Source of the DNA: Candidatus Bathyarchaeota archaeon
GTDB taxonomy: Archaea; Thermoproteota; Bathyarchaeia; Bathyarchaeales; Bathyarchaeaceae
DNA: 64,000 bases
Direction of reading: 5' to 3'
Assembly (NCBI GenBank): GCA_004376295.1
Contig: SOJZ01000031.1
Coordinates: 12,624-76,623, forward strand
The notes under the pieces were generated by a model. That model ran no database searches. It saw nothing but the letters and a program-made list of their open reading frames with translations, and was not told where the DNA came from. This document shows positions 9,723-19,557 of this stretch, piece after piece (positions within the stretch are counted from its first letter, which is position 1; every line of letters starts with the position of its first letter). A program made the position numbers and the translations under genes.

Positions 9723-10322
9723 TCATATGCCGAGTTTTTCATAAATCTTCGGTCTGTTTTCTTCCACTTTCTTCCGAACATCTTCGAACAGGTTGTTTCC
9801 ATACGAGTCAATAGCGACAGCTAAAGGACCGAAGTCTTCAACTTCTAGAATCCATAGTGCCTCGGGCATTCCTAGGTCGAACCATTCTACGGTTTTCACG
9901 TTCTTTATTGCCTTCGCTGCGAGGACGGCTGCTCCGCCTGTGAAGGCTCCGTAGACTGCTCCATACTTTTTCATAGCATCAGTGGTTTTTTTGCCCATTC
10001 CACCTTTTCCTATTACCACTCGGACTTTGTAGTTTTTGATGAATTCGTCTTCGAATAGGTCCATGCGTGTGCTTGTTGTTGGGCCTGCTGCGACTATTGT
10101 CCATTTGTCGTTTTCTTTTTTTACTATGGGGCCGCAGTGGAAGACTGCTAGTCCGTGTGGGTTGATGGGCATCTTTTTTCCTTGTTTATAGTATTCTAGT
10201 GCTCTTTTGTGGGCGCTGTCTCGGGCTGTGAACATGGTTCCTGTGATGTAGATGACATCGTTTACTTTCAGTTTTCTTACGTCTTCTTCTGATATTGGAG
10301 TTTTCAGTTTGTAAGTCGCCAT
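9723..10322 (-). CDS. fumB: Class I fumarate hydratase / Fe-S hydro-lyase, beta subunit
   Basis: 199 aa; ...GLAVFHCGPIV...VVIGKGGMG..., typical of the tartrate/fumarate dehydratase beta-type C-terminal domain. Confidence 0.85.
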   Translation of the reverse strand: MATYKLKTPISEEDVRKLKVNDVIYITGTMFTARDSAHKRALEYYKQGKKMPINPHGLAVFHCGPIVKKENDKWTIVAAGPTTSTRMDLFEDEFIKNYKVRVVIGKGGMGKKTTDAMKKYGAVYGAFTGGAAVLAAKAIKNVKTVEWFDLGMPEALWILEVEDFGPLAVAIDSYGNNLFEDVRKKVEENRPKIYEKLGI

Positions 10323-10466
10323 TCTAGTACACCATATTATTAGCTAGTAGAGTATGTGATGCTTAGAAAGATGCAAATTAGCTTTTTGGTTTCTCAACTG
10401 GAATCGTAACTTGTCGTTAGAAGTTGAAAAGAAACGTTTAAGCTAAGCAGTTCCATAATATTATGT

Positions 10467-10658
10467 ATGCCCGAATTTGATAGACGAGTCATAATCCCTT
10501 GGATTGTGACTGTTTGTATAATGGGGTCTCTTATTGCCATATTCATTGACATCATTAAACAGAACCCTTGGTTTCTCCTCTATGAAGGTTTCGTTTTAGG
10601 GTGGCTTCTCGTGCTCACTTTAATCGCTATAGAGCATTTTAAAAGCGAGCGGAAGTAA
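10467..10658 (+). CDS. Small membrane protein (2 TM)
   Basis: 63 aa, hydrophobic; no homology recognised. Confidence 0.35.
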   Translation: MPEFDRRVIIPWIVTVCIMGSLIAIFIDIIKQNPWFLLYEGFVLGWLLVLTLIAIEHFKSERK

Positions 10659-10659
10659 C

Positions 10660-10790
10660 CTTCGGCTATAACTTTTCTGCATTTGGTACAATCTTAATCG
10701 TTGACTAAGTTCTCTCTTTCTTCTGTTCTCTTTCTGCCCTTTCACTTTAAGGGCTAAAATCAACTTAGAAGCCGTAACTATTTTAACATT
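10660..10790 (-). repeat. Composite degenerate copy of two repeat modules (leader element E3 plus a frame-shifted KKERT*/CTKCRKVIAE remnant)
   Basis: 10726-10757 ttctctttctgccctttcactttaagggcta matches the first 30 nt of the 13343 and 38085 elements. 10660-10715 matches 13520-13572 (tagtcaacgatt...aaatg.agaaaagttatagc) with a 1-nt deletion. Confidence 0.6.
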
Positions 10791-10846
10791 ACTGATATAA
10801 CATTCTGGAGCCGTAAAAGCTTTAGACAACAGAAAAAGAGGAAGTT

Positions 10847-13333
10847 TCAGGCTTCTTTCCTCATTTTATTCCCTAATATCTTCTTGTGTGCCAAACCGAG
10901 GTAGGCTGTTGTTGCTATGAGGATTATTGATGTTGCTATGAAGATGTACATTAGGTTTCGGGTAGTGCTGAGTTCATTTATCGCTTCTTGCCAATCTGAC
11001 CACAGTTTGTCATAGGATGATTGAAGGTTATTATAGCTGTCCAACAGTTCATGATGCCTTGAACTTAACTCGTTGTACTTTTCCAGCAATTCATAATACA
11101 GAACTCGGAAGTTTACAATTGTTGGATCGTACGGAACCATCAGCGGATAATTGTCTTGATTGTTTACATCGATAATGTATGGCGTGTCCCCTATTCCATC
11201 ACCACCAGTCTCATTCTGATAAGGACCACTATACTCATCAACGCCAGCATAGTCACTCCAATAGTTTCCGCCAGAAGGATAACCATCATCCCAATGAACG
11301 TTATGAGACTTATCTACCCGAGCTTGATAGTATCGGTAGTTTTCGATAAAGTTATTATGATATACTACACCATAGTTTGAACACATTAAAAAGATTCCTC
11401 CCTCATTATGTGAGATGTTGTTTTCTTTGATGTTTACACGATCTGAGTAGTACGAAAATATTCCGCGCTCATTGTATGAAAAGTTGCAGTGCTTCACCAT
11501 GGTTCCAGGCGAACATATTAAGGATATTGCATAAAAATTGTGGGTTGCTTCCACGTTCTCTATTAGAGTGTTTGGCGAAAATGCTATGAGTAAGCCGTTT
11601 CCGTTTCTCGATAGGGAAAGATTAGCTATTTGAACATCACTTGAATTTACAACTGCAAGGTATCCAACATTTGGAAAAGTCGCAGGATTAATAAAAAGGT
11701 TCTCCTCGTTGACCAAATAGTATACTGGCTTTCCATCTACAAGGTTGGAAGAATCTATGTCTTGAAGAAAATCACTAATAGACCAAGAACCCAAAATATG
11801 CAGATTATGCGAGTTGTTGAAGAGTATATTCCTTCGCAAGAAGTTTTGGCTGGATCCGCTTATAGTTAGTCCAAATTTATTTCCGTATGCTACGCAATCA
11901 GTTACTGTATTGCGTTTGCCTCTAAACAGCTGGATTCCGTCACCCCCATTCGTCACTGTAAGATTCGCTATCTTAACATCATCAGCCCAAACAAAGATTA
12001 CGGGTTCCCATACTGGAGAATACGCTACACCCACGATTACAGTAGTATTTTTATTCTCCCCAACAAGAGCAACCCTCTTATTCACTACCACATTTTCATA
12101 GTATGTTCCTGCTTCAATAAAGATTGTGTGGCCGTCTAGAGTTTCTGAGGCATTTATGGCTTCTTGAACTGCAGCATAGCCTAATCCTGTGTTGATGTTA
12201 TGTGCTGGAAGGGGGCTCCATGGATTCATAAGCGGGTATCGGTCTCGATTGTCTGCATGAATAACATATGGTGTATCGCCTAGTCCATCGTTTCCATGCT
12301 GGTCTTGGTTTGGACCACTGTTCTCATCCGAACCTGCATAGTCGCTCCAGTAGTTTCCACCAGAAGGGTAACCATAGTCCCAAGTGTTTATTGATCCTGA
12401 GTAGCTTCCTGCTTGTTTTGTGTTATCCAGAAAATTGTTGTGGTATATGCTGTTTGAGTTGGAATACCATAGTGCGATGCCGTCCCATTCATTCTGAATT
12501 AACGCATTTCCTGTGACTGTATTAGAGTTAGACCCGAATAATACTATACCATATCGGTGGTTTGAAGCTAGGTGGTTACCAATAATGTTGCTGTGGTTAG
12601 AGGCGTCCAACCGTATACCTGCCTCATTATTACAACTCAACATGTTTCCAACAATTTTGTTATGAGTGGACCATCCTACGCTAATGCCACAAAAACTGTT
12701 GTTATAGATTTCGTTATTATGAATCATGTTGCTGTTGGCATCACTCCCTATAACGACACCCACTTCATTGTTGAATAAGCTGTTTCCCTCTATGTGGTTG
12801 TCATTACTGAGGACTATGTCAATCCCTCTATAGTTGTTGAATACCAAGTTGTCAAAGACAATGGAGTTGCTGGAATAATACAAGAAGATGCCCATGTCAT
12901 TGTCTGATATGATATTGTCGTGAACTGTAACATTATTGCAACAACCTTCCCATTCACCCACCTTGATTCCATAAGTGATATGAGGGATATGATATCCATT
13001 CTGAATTGTTAACCCGCTAATGCTAACGTAGTCAGCGGTTACAGAGATAACAGTCCCGTTTCGGCTTCCGTCAATAATGGTGTTTTCCTTGTTTTCTCCA
13101 ATAAGCGATATTGACTTATTTACAACTATATGTTCATAGTATGTTCCATTTCTCACAGAAACAGTGTCTCCTAGATTCGCTGCGTTTATGGCTTCTTGTA
13201 TCGTTGGATAGTCGTCAGGAACTATTATTGTTCTAGGCTCTGCTTTAACTGGTTGAATATCAAATGCCAACGCTAACATACCAATAAAAAGTAGCGTAAG
13301 CATTATTCCAGAAACTTTCCACGCTTTTTTCAT
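10847..13333 (-). CDS. Secreted, C-terminally anchored surface protein with two right-handed beta-helix (NosD/PbH1-like) modules
   Basis: 828 aa with signal peptide. Internal duplication: DYPTIQEAINAANLGDTVSVRNGTYYEHIVVNKSISLIGENKENTIIDG vs GYAAVQEAINASETLDGHTIFIEAGTYYENVVVNKRVALVGENKNTTVIVG, and WDYGYPSGGNYWSDYAGSDENSGP...GDTPY vs WDDGYPSGGNYWSDYAGVDEYSGP...GDTPY. Coiled-coil plus TM tail. Confidence 0.8.
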   Translation of the reverse strand: MKKAWKVSGIMLTLLFIGMLALAFDIQPVKAEPRTIIVPDDYPTIQEAINAANLGDTVSVRNGTYYEHIVVNKSISLIGENKENTIIDGSRNGTVISVTADYVSISGLTIQNGYHIPHITYGIKVGEWEGCCNNVTVHDNIISDNDMGIFLYYSSNSIVFDNLVFNNYRGIDIVLSNDNHIEGNSLFNNEVGVVIGSDANSNMIHNNEIYNNSFCGISVGWSTHNKIVGNMLSCNNEAGIRLDASNHSNIIGNHLASNHRYGIVLFGSNSNTVTGNALIQNEWDGIALWYSNSNSIYHNNFLDNTKQAGSYSGSINTWDYGYPSGGNYWSDYAGSDENSGPNQDQHGNDGLGDTPYVIHADNRDRYPLMNPWSPLPAHNINTGLGYAAVQEAINASETLDGHTIFIEAGTYYENVVVNKRVALVGENKNTTVIVGVAYSPVWEPVIFVWADDVKIANLTVTNGGDGIQLFRGKRNTVTDCVAYGNKFGLTISGSSQNFLRRNILFNNSHNLHILGSWSISDFLQDIDSSNLVDGKPVYYLVNEENLFINPATFPNVGYLAVVNSSDVQIANLSLSRNGNGLLIAFSPNTLIENVEATHNFYAISLICSPGTMVKHCNFSYNERGIFSYYSDRVNIKENNISHNEGGIFLMCSNYGVVYHNNFIENYRYYQARVDKSHNVHWDDGYPSGGNYWSDYAGVDEYSGPYQNETGGDGIGDTPYIIDVNNQDNYPLMVPYDPTIVNFRVLYYELLEKYNELSSRHHELLDSYNNLQSSYDKLWSDWQEAINELSTTRNLMYIFIATSIILIATTAYLGLAHKKILGNKMRKEA

Positions 13334-13342
13334 GTTTCACAC

Positions 13343-13417
13343 TTCTCTTTCTGCCCTTTCACTCAGGGCTAGGCGGTGACACGCCTCCAAAGTAGTCAAC
13401 TCTGGCTTAAACATTTT
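13343..13417 (-). promoter_or_regulatory. Conserved ~75-nt 5' leader/promoter element (copy E1) with GC hairpin
   Basis: Lies immediately upstream of the 13333 start. About 92 percent identical to 38085-38157 by my alignment. Contains hairpin AGGCG-TGTCAC-CGCCT and a TTTAAG TATA-like box (minus-strand sense). Confidence 0.55.
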
Positions 13418-13503
13418 CACCTTTCCCCCTTACTTTTGATGAGTATCGAACTTACGATGATTAGAACCGAAAGAACCGTTAAAAGCGCTAGCCCACTTCC
13501 ATC

Positions 13504-13572
13504 TCAATTCTGGTTAGTCTCTTTTGGTTCTGCTATAACTTTTCTACATTTCACACAAGTCTCAATCGTTGA
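13504..13572 (-). other. Start-less mini reading frame STIETCVKCRKVIAEPKETNQN* in frame behind the TAG stop of 13573..13770
   Basis: Own translation. Related frames occur at 10660-10715, 36930-37020 and 63535-63641. Several differences between copies are synonymous. Confidence 0.35.
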
Positions 13573-13770
13573 CTATGTTTTCTCTTTCTTCCTATTCTTC
13601 AAATATTCAAATGTTATCATGGAGAGAGGAATCATTAAGGTGAGAAGAAGCAGCAGTGCGATTCCTATCTGTCCTATTGCGATGAACTCGATTATGATGA
13701 AAATCCAGAGAGCACCTACCATTATGACAGAGCCTTTAGCAAAATCACCTAAGAGACCCATGTTTCTCAC
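13573..13770 (-). CDS. Small membrane protein (2 TM)
   Basis: 65 aa; hydrophobic core, basic tail KNRKKEKT; 3 nt downstream of 13774..14769. Confidence 0.5.
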   Translation of the reverse strand: MRNMGLLGDFAKGSVIMVGALWIFIIIEFIAIGQIGIALLLLLTLMIPLSMITFEYLKNRKKEKT

Positions 13771-13773
13771 TAG

Positions 13774-14769
13774 CTATGCTAATAATTCAGATTTTCTTAA
13801 CCAAAGACCAGAGAAAACCACCATTCCACTAAGTATCATTGCACATGCAGTTCCAAATAGACCAAAATAGAGAGGATTAGGAACTCTGGTCACTCCATGT
13901 TCAATTTCTGTACGTATGCTACTGAAATTCCATAGTGTAACAGCGTCTATTGTTATGAGTGCTACATTTATCAAGAATCCAGAGAGGAATGAGAAACCGA
14001 CGATACGTAACTTCTTTCCCATGTTCCAGCTTTCTAAGTAAGCTGATCCACCACCTTTCTCTAGCCATAGATAGATAAGAGCCCCTAAAGGAAGACTGGC
14101 AAGTACTATACTATTTTGTATGTTTGGGACTATTGTGAGGATATCAAAATGTCCAAAGTTCCAAGCAAGAGTAAGAAAGAAAGGTATAATTAAGAACCCC
14201 GTAATATAAGCACATACCAAGTAGCCAATTTGAAGTTTATTCACTTTCAACCCTATTCCCATTATCATTCCAATAGGAATCATAGCAATTCCGCTTAGAA
14301 TAGGTAAATAGTTTGTTTCATGCCAAACTCTTGTTATTTGATATTGTACTTCCTTTGGGTAAGAGTCTTCGTTGACAAAAATAAAGTAGCGTACATAGAC
14401 TGCTCCCGTTACTACCATAGAGTGTGATGGTGTACTCAACTTGTAATCTGCATGGTCTGTTTCAACAAATGTAGGTTCAAACTGGCCTTCTTGCCAATAG
14501 TTGAAAAGTGTTTCATCTAATGGATAACAAGATTTGATAGTTCCGTCAGAGACGGTAAATGAAGCGATGTAATCATATGGAGAAAGAACTCCAAAGTCTT
14601 TCCATTTAGTTTCATTTCCTTGAACCGTCAAAGAGCCACTCCATGCAACCTCACTCTTCTCAACTTGTCCGAAAGCGGGATTCACTAGAAAACTCATGAG
14701 GGTATAAGTTCCAGCTAGAAGCATGCCAACTACAATTATGCTTCCTACTAGAAGCTTCTGATTTTTCAT
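13774..14769 (-). CDS. Polytopic membrane protein with N-terminal extracytoplasmic domain
   Basis: 331 aa; signal/TM at N-terminus, soluble domain of about 130 aa, then about 6 TM. Confidence 0.6.
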   Translation of the reverse strand: MKNQKLLVGSIIVVGMLLAGTYTLMSFLVNPAFGQVEKSEVAWSGSLTVQGNETKWKDFGVLSPYDYIASFTVSDGTIKSCYPLDETLFNYWQEGQFEPTFVETDHADYKLSTPSHSMVVTGAVYVRYFIFVNEDSYPKEVQYQITRVWHETNYLPILSGIAMIPIGMIMGIGLKVNKLQIGYLVCAYITGFLIIPFFLTLAWNFGHFDILTIVPNIQNSIVLASLPLGALIYLWLEKGGGSAYLESWNMGKKLRIVGFSFLSGFLINVALITIDAVTLWNFSSIRTEIEHGVTRVPNPLYFGLFGTACAMILSGMVVFSGLWLRKSELLA

Positions 14770-14910
14770 ATGAGTTCAATAGCTTATACTCATAGAATGT
14801 CTTAAATCTTACGATTTATGAATAACTGACTTGAGAACGAGCAAAGTAACGTTTCAAAGAAAGATTTAAGAAATTCCGCGAGAGAGGAAACAGTAAAGGA
14901 GTCAATTTGG

Positions 14911-15432
14911 GTGGAAAGGGTCATCTCTTCGCCTTGGGCTTTCTTTATTTTTCTTGTCGTCGTAATAGGATTTGTTACGTATCTTGTTTTAAACGTGAAG
15001 TATAAACGCTGGTCTAAAATCAGTACACTGATATTACTTGTCTCACCATTCATTCCTTGGGGCTTGGTTCTTCCTACGGAAGGAAAGACATTTTTATTGT
15101 TTCCAGTGTATTTTCCGTTAACTCTACTTTGGCTACTTGCAGGTGTGTTCTTGCTTGCCCACGAATGGAGACCTGAAAGATTTAAGAACGTTGGCTACAG
15201 GTTAATGCTTGTTTGTGGGCTGTCATCTATAATTGTATGGATCGGCTTTTTATTTTTCGAGTCGAATATAGCATCGTCTGTAGCAGGTAGTGTAGTAAGG
15301 GATGTTGAGCGTTATCCTCTTATTCTGACCCCTTTGTTGGCATCCTTAGGCTTGATTGCAAGAAGTTTATACGTGGCAGTTGGTAATCTACGAATTTCAT
15401 CCCACAATGACGGCAAACATAAAAATCTTTAG
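14911..15432 (+). CDS. Membrane protein (about 5 TM)
   Basis: 173 aa, hydrophobic; no homology recognised. Confidence 0.5.
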   Translation: MERVISSPWAFFIFLVVVIGFVTYLVLNVKYKRWSKISTLILLVSPFIPWGLVLPTEGKTFLLFPVYFPLTLLWLLAGVFLLAHEWRPERFKNVGYRLMLVCGLSSIIVWIGFLFFESNIASSVAGSVVRDVERYPLILTPLLASLGLIARSLYVAVGNLRISSHNDGKHKNL

Positions 15433-15833
15433 GGGTTATAAGGGTTCAGAAAAGAGGAGTAAGTAAAAACTATCCTTTTAAGGTTCAAGGCTTCGGCGAT
15501 TATGGCAACTTCTTTCAAACCCAGCTTCCTATTGGTTGCCTTAACCACTAAACGTTCTCGCCAACCACAATCAAGGCACTCAAACTTCAAAGGCAACAAA
15601 CCCATGTGACCCGACATATCGCCGCTCATAGTGCCGACTCTGCGAACTCTCGGGCTTTTGCAATGTGGGCAGATTTGAACATCCACATACTTCTCTTCCC
15701 TCTCCAACTCTTCTAGAACTTCGAGTAACCCCAAAAACTTCTGACTTTCAGCTGTCTTCTGTTTAAGAAGAACGATCTGCTTCTGTTTCTTCTTCTTTTT
15801 CCGTCGCTTCTCCTCACCCATCCTAAGCCACAT
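15429..15833 (-). CDS. Zinc-ribbon protein with lysine-rich N-terminus
   Basis: 134 aa; CPHCKS...CLDCGW pair of CxxC knuckles. Confidence 0.5.
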   Translation of the reverse strand: MWLRMGEEKRRKKKKKQKQIVLLKQKTAESQKFLGLLEVLEELEREEKYVDVQICPHCKSPRVRRVGTMSGDMSGHMGLLPLKFECLDCGWRERLVVKATNRKLGLKEVAIIAEALNLKRIVFTYSSFLNPYNP

Positions 15834-16086
15834 CTTCTACGTTATTTCGTCTCTAAAGATTAATCTTTTGTTCCGCTATCATATTTCCACTTTCTCACAT
15901 TTACAAACTTCTAATGCGCTCATACATTGACTAAAAAACTGGCTAAAATGCTCCAGATACTTAGCTTCTAACACAAACAAAAACTTACCTATTCTGGAAA
16001 AAACACCAGTCTTAGCTCTCTCTCCAAGTTAAAACCTTAAAAAGCTATTTATTGTTCTGCCAGCACACTTTGTTAAGGGAAATGAC

Positions 16087-16677
16087 ATGTCTGAGCTACA
16101 TCTACTTGAAGGCGAACGCTTGATTTTGGACGTCTCTCCCACACCTAATTTCAAGAGATACGTGACGGTTACGGCTGCCATTGCGGGACTCACTTTTTTG
16201 GCAATGGTGAACGTATTAGTCGCCATGACCTTCTATGTGGTAACTGGGGGTGCTCCGATCACCGAGGTAGGTATAGGCCCTCTACTCGCAACCTATGCTT
16301 TTCTATATCTCATTCTCGCGCCTATAGTCATCGCTTCAGCATATGCCTTCGCCAACTTGATGCACAACAAGTATCACTACTGGGTCACGAATCAGCGAGT
16401 GGTCTGGAAGCATGGGGTAATAGGCTACAGCATAACGAGCGTCCCCCTCGAGAGAATCTCCGATGTTGCGATGAGCAGGACGTTTTTGGAAACGATCTGC
16501 GGAGTGGGCGGCGTAGTTGTAAAGGAAATGGGAGCAGTACCAAAGTACGGTTACCGGTATGGAGCAGTCGGGTGGAGTTTCCCAACGATGATAGCTGTGC
16601 CGGATCCTGAGGAAATGCAAGAGCGGATTCTTGAATTAGTTGGCAAAAAGGGAAAAGAGAGCAAACTCACCGTTTAA
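16087..16677 (+). CDS. Membrane protein with bacterial PH (bPH_2, YdbS/YdbT-like) domain
   Basis: 196 aa; 2-3 TM followed by YWVTNQRVVWKHGVIGYSITSVPLERISDV. Confidence 0.7.
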   Translation: MSELHLLEGERLILDVSPTPNFKRYVTVTAAIAGLTFLAMVNVLVAMTFYVVTGGAPITEVGIGPLLATYAFLYLILAPIVIASAYAFANLMHNKYHYWVTNQRVVWKHGVIGYSITSVPLERISDVAMSRTFLETICGVGGVVVKEMGAVPKYGYRYGAVGWSFPTMIAVPDPEEMQERILELVGKKGKESKLTV

Positions 16678-16837
16678 GAGTGCACGCTATAGGAATAATT
16701 TTGTGAGCATTAAGAGGGAAATCAGCATGCCTTTCTCTGCCAATCTTTGTTTATCTAGTCATAAAAAGAAAAACCTTGAAAAAGATACGAGAAAACAGTC
16801 CAAACTGTGCTTAAGAAGACATTCTTGAACCAACGGA

Positions 16838-17086
16838 TTAACGAAGAATCTTTCGTTGAGTAGGAGTTAGCCAAGATTTCCTGCCGCAGTTTGGACATTT
16901 CACATAGTATGCCGTTTGTGTTGGAATAGGGTTTCTACCTCGAAAGGGTCGAGCTAATAGCAACCTTACGAAAGAGACTTGAAATTCATAACCACATTCT
17001 GAACATTGAAACCACATGTGTTTCTCACCTAAAATTATATAAGGTGTTGTACATAAGTGGCACGCCAACGCCTGAATCTTCGCCAC
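16838..17086 (-). CDS. Small multi-CxxC zinc-ribbon protein
   Basis: 82 aa; CHLC...CSEC...CPNC. Confidence 0.45.
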   Translation of the reverse strand: MAKIQALACHLCTTPYIILGEKHMWFQCSECGYEFQVSFVRLLLARPFRGRNPIPTQTAYYVKCPNCGRKSWLTPTQRKILR

Positions 17087-17109
17087 AAATCTCTAAGAGT
17101 TCCCTTCTA

Positions 17110-17544
17110 CTAATACCATCTGAGTTTCCTTCCTACTTTGTCGCCGATATACGCTCCAATAACAATCAGGGTGAGGAAAAGCCAAAGGAAGTATGGAGAT
17201 GAAAGGGGGCGACCTAAAAGTAACCTCAATGTTGTGAGGATTGCGAAACCAGTAAATAAGCCTCCGCCCACTATGCACTCCACCCTACGTGCATAGTAGT
17301 AATACTTTGGTGAAAGCTCCTTGGCCTTCTCCACATATCCCTCTTTGCGAGCGACATATCCAAAGACCAATCTGGCAATAATAAGAAGGATTGGAAAGCT
17401 GATCCCAAGAAGAATACGTGCATACACTGTGAGAAGAAAAATCGGAACTGCCATAAACAAGAAAAATACGGTTATGATTATAATTCTGAAAGCTTTGCTC
17501 CTCGCCCAATAAGAATCGATTACTTTTTTGAGCCTTCGAATCAA
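17110..17544 (-). CDS. Membrane protein, 144 aa (tandem paralogue A)
   Basis: 4 TM; C-terminal IGAYIGDKVGRK resembles IGAFIGDWIGRR of the neighbouring gene. Confidence 0.5.
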   Translation of the reverse strand: MIRRLKKVIDSYWARSKAFRIIIITVFFLFMAVPIFLLTVYARILLGISFPILLIIARLVFGYVARKEGYVEKAKELSPKYYYYARRVECIVGGGLFTGFAILTTLRLLLGRPLSSPYFLWLFLTLIVIGAYIGDKVGRKLRWY

Positions 17545-17564
17545 CTTCTACTCTCGCACAGTTT

Positions 17565-17999
17565 TTAAGGGCATAATGGGAGGCGATAGTTTCTTCGTCT
17601 GCCTATCCAGTCGCCTATGAATGCTCCTATGATGTAAGGCACGGTGAAACTTATGATAAGGGAAGGCCAAACTCCCAGATAGTTGGTTAACAAGCGACCG
17701 AGCCCGCTGAGACAGAGAACCACCCATAAGCCGAATCCTATAGGACTGATTCCTAAGAGTACGTATAAGCCTCTGTTCATTTTCATAGAGGGTCGGAGCC
17801 ACAAATTTCGCTTAATGCGTATGTAATATGCGAAACCAATTATTAGGAAGGTTAGAGCTAATCCACCCACCGTTCTCTCTAGAGGAACACGCAAGAAAAG
17901 GTAGCCAACAACTCCTGAAGCGATAGTCGTGAGCAGACCAGCTATCCAGAGAGGCTTCCACCAGCGGGGCTTTAAACCCTTAGCTTTAACTCCAGACAT
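17565..17999 (-). CDS. Membrane protein, 144 aa (tandem paralogue B)
   Basis: Same length and topology as 17110..17544. Confidence 0.5.
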   Translation of the reverse strand: MSGVKAKGLKPRWWKPLWIAGLLTTIASGVVGYLFLRVPLERTVGGLALTFLIIGFAYYIRIKRNLWLRPSMKMNRGLYVLLGISPIGFGLWVVLCLSGLGRLLTNYLGVWPSLIISFTVPYIIGAFIGDWIGRRRNYRLPLCP

Positions 18000-18094
18000 A
18001 AGCTTTCAAGATAACAGTCTTTATACTCAGATTTAAGAATATAGTTGAAAAGTATGAAACGTTTTTATCTCGGAAATGAGAAACATTTAATATA

Positions 18095-18787
18095 GTGCCT
18101 GTGATGTCTGAAGCGGTATTTGAAACGAGAGCGATCCCCGTTTGGCACATCATAATCTTTGCCATTCTCTGTTTTTATATGGCAATCAGTGTTTTTGCCA
18201 TATTTAGCGGCATAGCTGGTTGGGCTATAATTGGCGTATTGGCCTTCGCTGGCCCCTTATTCTTTGGATTTCTGCTTTCCATAGTCTTTAGCAAACTCAA
18301 AGTGTATGATGATGGAATTTCGTTCAGGATATATCACGTCGGCTTCGACGAGATAAGTAGAATTAGGCTTAGGTGGGGTGGAAGGCTTATGACCTACGGA
18401 AAAAAGTTGGACCTGGGGTACATACTGCTTAACCCCGAGAAATTCGTTGAGGCAATTAAGGCTGTTAAACCAGAGGTCCTAGTGGAATACAGAAAGCCCG
18501 TAACAAGGTGGAAACCAATAATTTATTCCATAATCCCTTTTGTTTCCCTTACGGTGTTGTGGGCGATTGGATACGCTTTAGGCTACATCGGCATAGTTAT
18601 TACCCCATTCGCTTGGGCACTCGTATGGGGCATTACTGCCACACTCTCCACTACAGTTTGGGTTTACTGGCTTCCGCCGCATCGGTACAGAATATTGGGT
18701 TTAGGCAGACTTGGAACATCCATTGCTATAGGCTTGGTAATAGGGATACCAATATTTCTCATGATGCTTACGAGACTGTTCATATAG
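18095..18787 (+). CDS. Membrane protein, paralogue of 38415..39113
   Basis: 230 aa. Shared blocks DDGI...; IGY...G.VI.P..WA..WGIT...; LG..G.SI.IG.VIG, with roughly one third identity in the C-terminal half by eye. Confidence 0.6.
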   Translation: MPVMSEAVFETRAIPVWHIIIFAILCFYMAISVFAIFSGIAGWAIIGVLAFAGPLFFGFLLSIVFSKLKVYDDGISFRIYHVGFDEISRIRLRWGGRLMTYGKKLDLGYILLNPEKFVEAIKAVKPEVLVEYRKPVTRWKPIIYSIIPFVSLTVLWAIGYALGYIGIVITPFAWALVWGITATLSTTVWVYWLPPHRYRILGLGRLGTSIAIGLVIGIPIFLMMLTRLFI

Positions 18788-18926
18788 ATAAGGCTAAAAA
18801 ACAAGAAAGCATGAACCATAGACAAAATGGCTTTGAAACTGCATGCATGCAGAGTAGTTTGGTTAGTGTGGGGTATGTTAGAGAGCGGTTAGGAGAGAGA
18901 GAATTTCCGTCCGTAATTATTAAAAG

Positions 18927-18948
18927 TGGACAAACGCGAGTTTGTCCA
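18927..18948. terminator. Stem-loop between convergent genes
   Basis: TGGACAAAC-gcga-GTTTGTCCA, a 9-bp perfect stem flanked by TAATTATTA on both sides. Function not established. Confidence 0.3.
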
Positions 18949-19050
18949 TAATTATTACAAGTATTAATGGCAATGTTAAAAGGAGAAAGTTGAATCATGA
19001 AGATTGAGGTTTGAAAAATATGCACCCTCTGTTGATTGAAATAGAAGATA

Positions 19051-19482
19051 TCAGTATAGCCTTTTCTCTACCAGCTTGGACAGATATTTAGCTACTATGA
19101 ATGCAATAACATACGAGGAAATGAAAACGAGGTAGAAATAAGGGCCTTCAAAAGTATATTCCATAAAAAACTTAGAAATCATTCCAATAACAGCAAAAAT
19201 TGCGAAGCCCAGCGCCATACCAATAGCTAGTGTATAGAATCGTCTTATAGTTTTAGGAGTGCCACCCACAGTCAAATAGTAGGCAAGGCTGAGAGCTACA
19301 AGCATCGCAATGGATGACAAAACTATATGGAGAGGATCAACAACCTCAGGTATGTTGGGCCACAGAGTCGGGGATATGAAAATGCGAATAAAAACCCCAG
19401 AAATGAAAATAAGAGAAAAAAGGATTAGGAGATTTTTACGGGACATCCCTACCATCGCACACCCCAATATCAGTATGGGCAA
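19051..19482 (-). CDS. Membrane protein (4 TM)
   Basis: 143 aa, hydrophobic. Confidence 0.5.
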   Translation of the reverse strand: MPILILGCAMVGMSRKNLLILFSLIFISGVFIRIFISPTLWPNIPEVVDPLHIVLSSIAMLVALSLAYYLTVGGTPKTIRRFYTLAIGMALGFAIFAVIGMISKFFMEYTFEGPYFYLVFISSYVIAFIVAKYLSKLVEKRLY

Positions 19483-19557
19483 CAGCAGTTCTTACATGCC
19501 AAATGGGAATCGCTCTTATCTTGAATGGGGGTTCCCGCACCATCGCTTGTCACACTT

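Noticed and set aside
13421-13480. C/D box sRNA candidate (TGATGAG ... CGATGATT)
   Set aside because: C-box-like strings are present, but I could not find a CTGA D box or terminal stem on either strand.
13570-13575. Pyrrolysine or programmed TAG readthrough as the explanation for the in-frame mini-ORF
   Set aside because: TAG is used as an ordinary stop by several well-supported genes in the window (e.g. trm1 and the HTH regulator at 3797), and no pyl genes are visible. It is kept only as a minor alternative in the mini-ORF finding.
13376-13870. 164-aa plus-strand ORF
   Set aside because: It runs through the conserved leader repeat and lies antisense to two compact minus-strand membrane-protein genes. 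No recognisable features.
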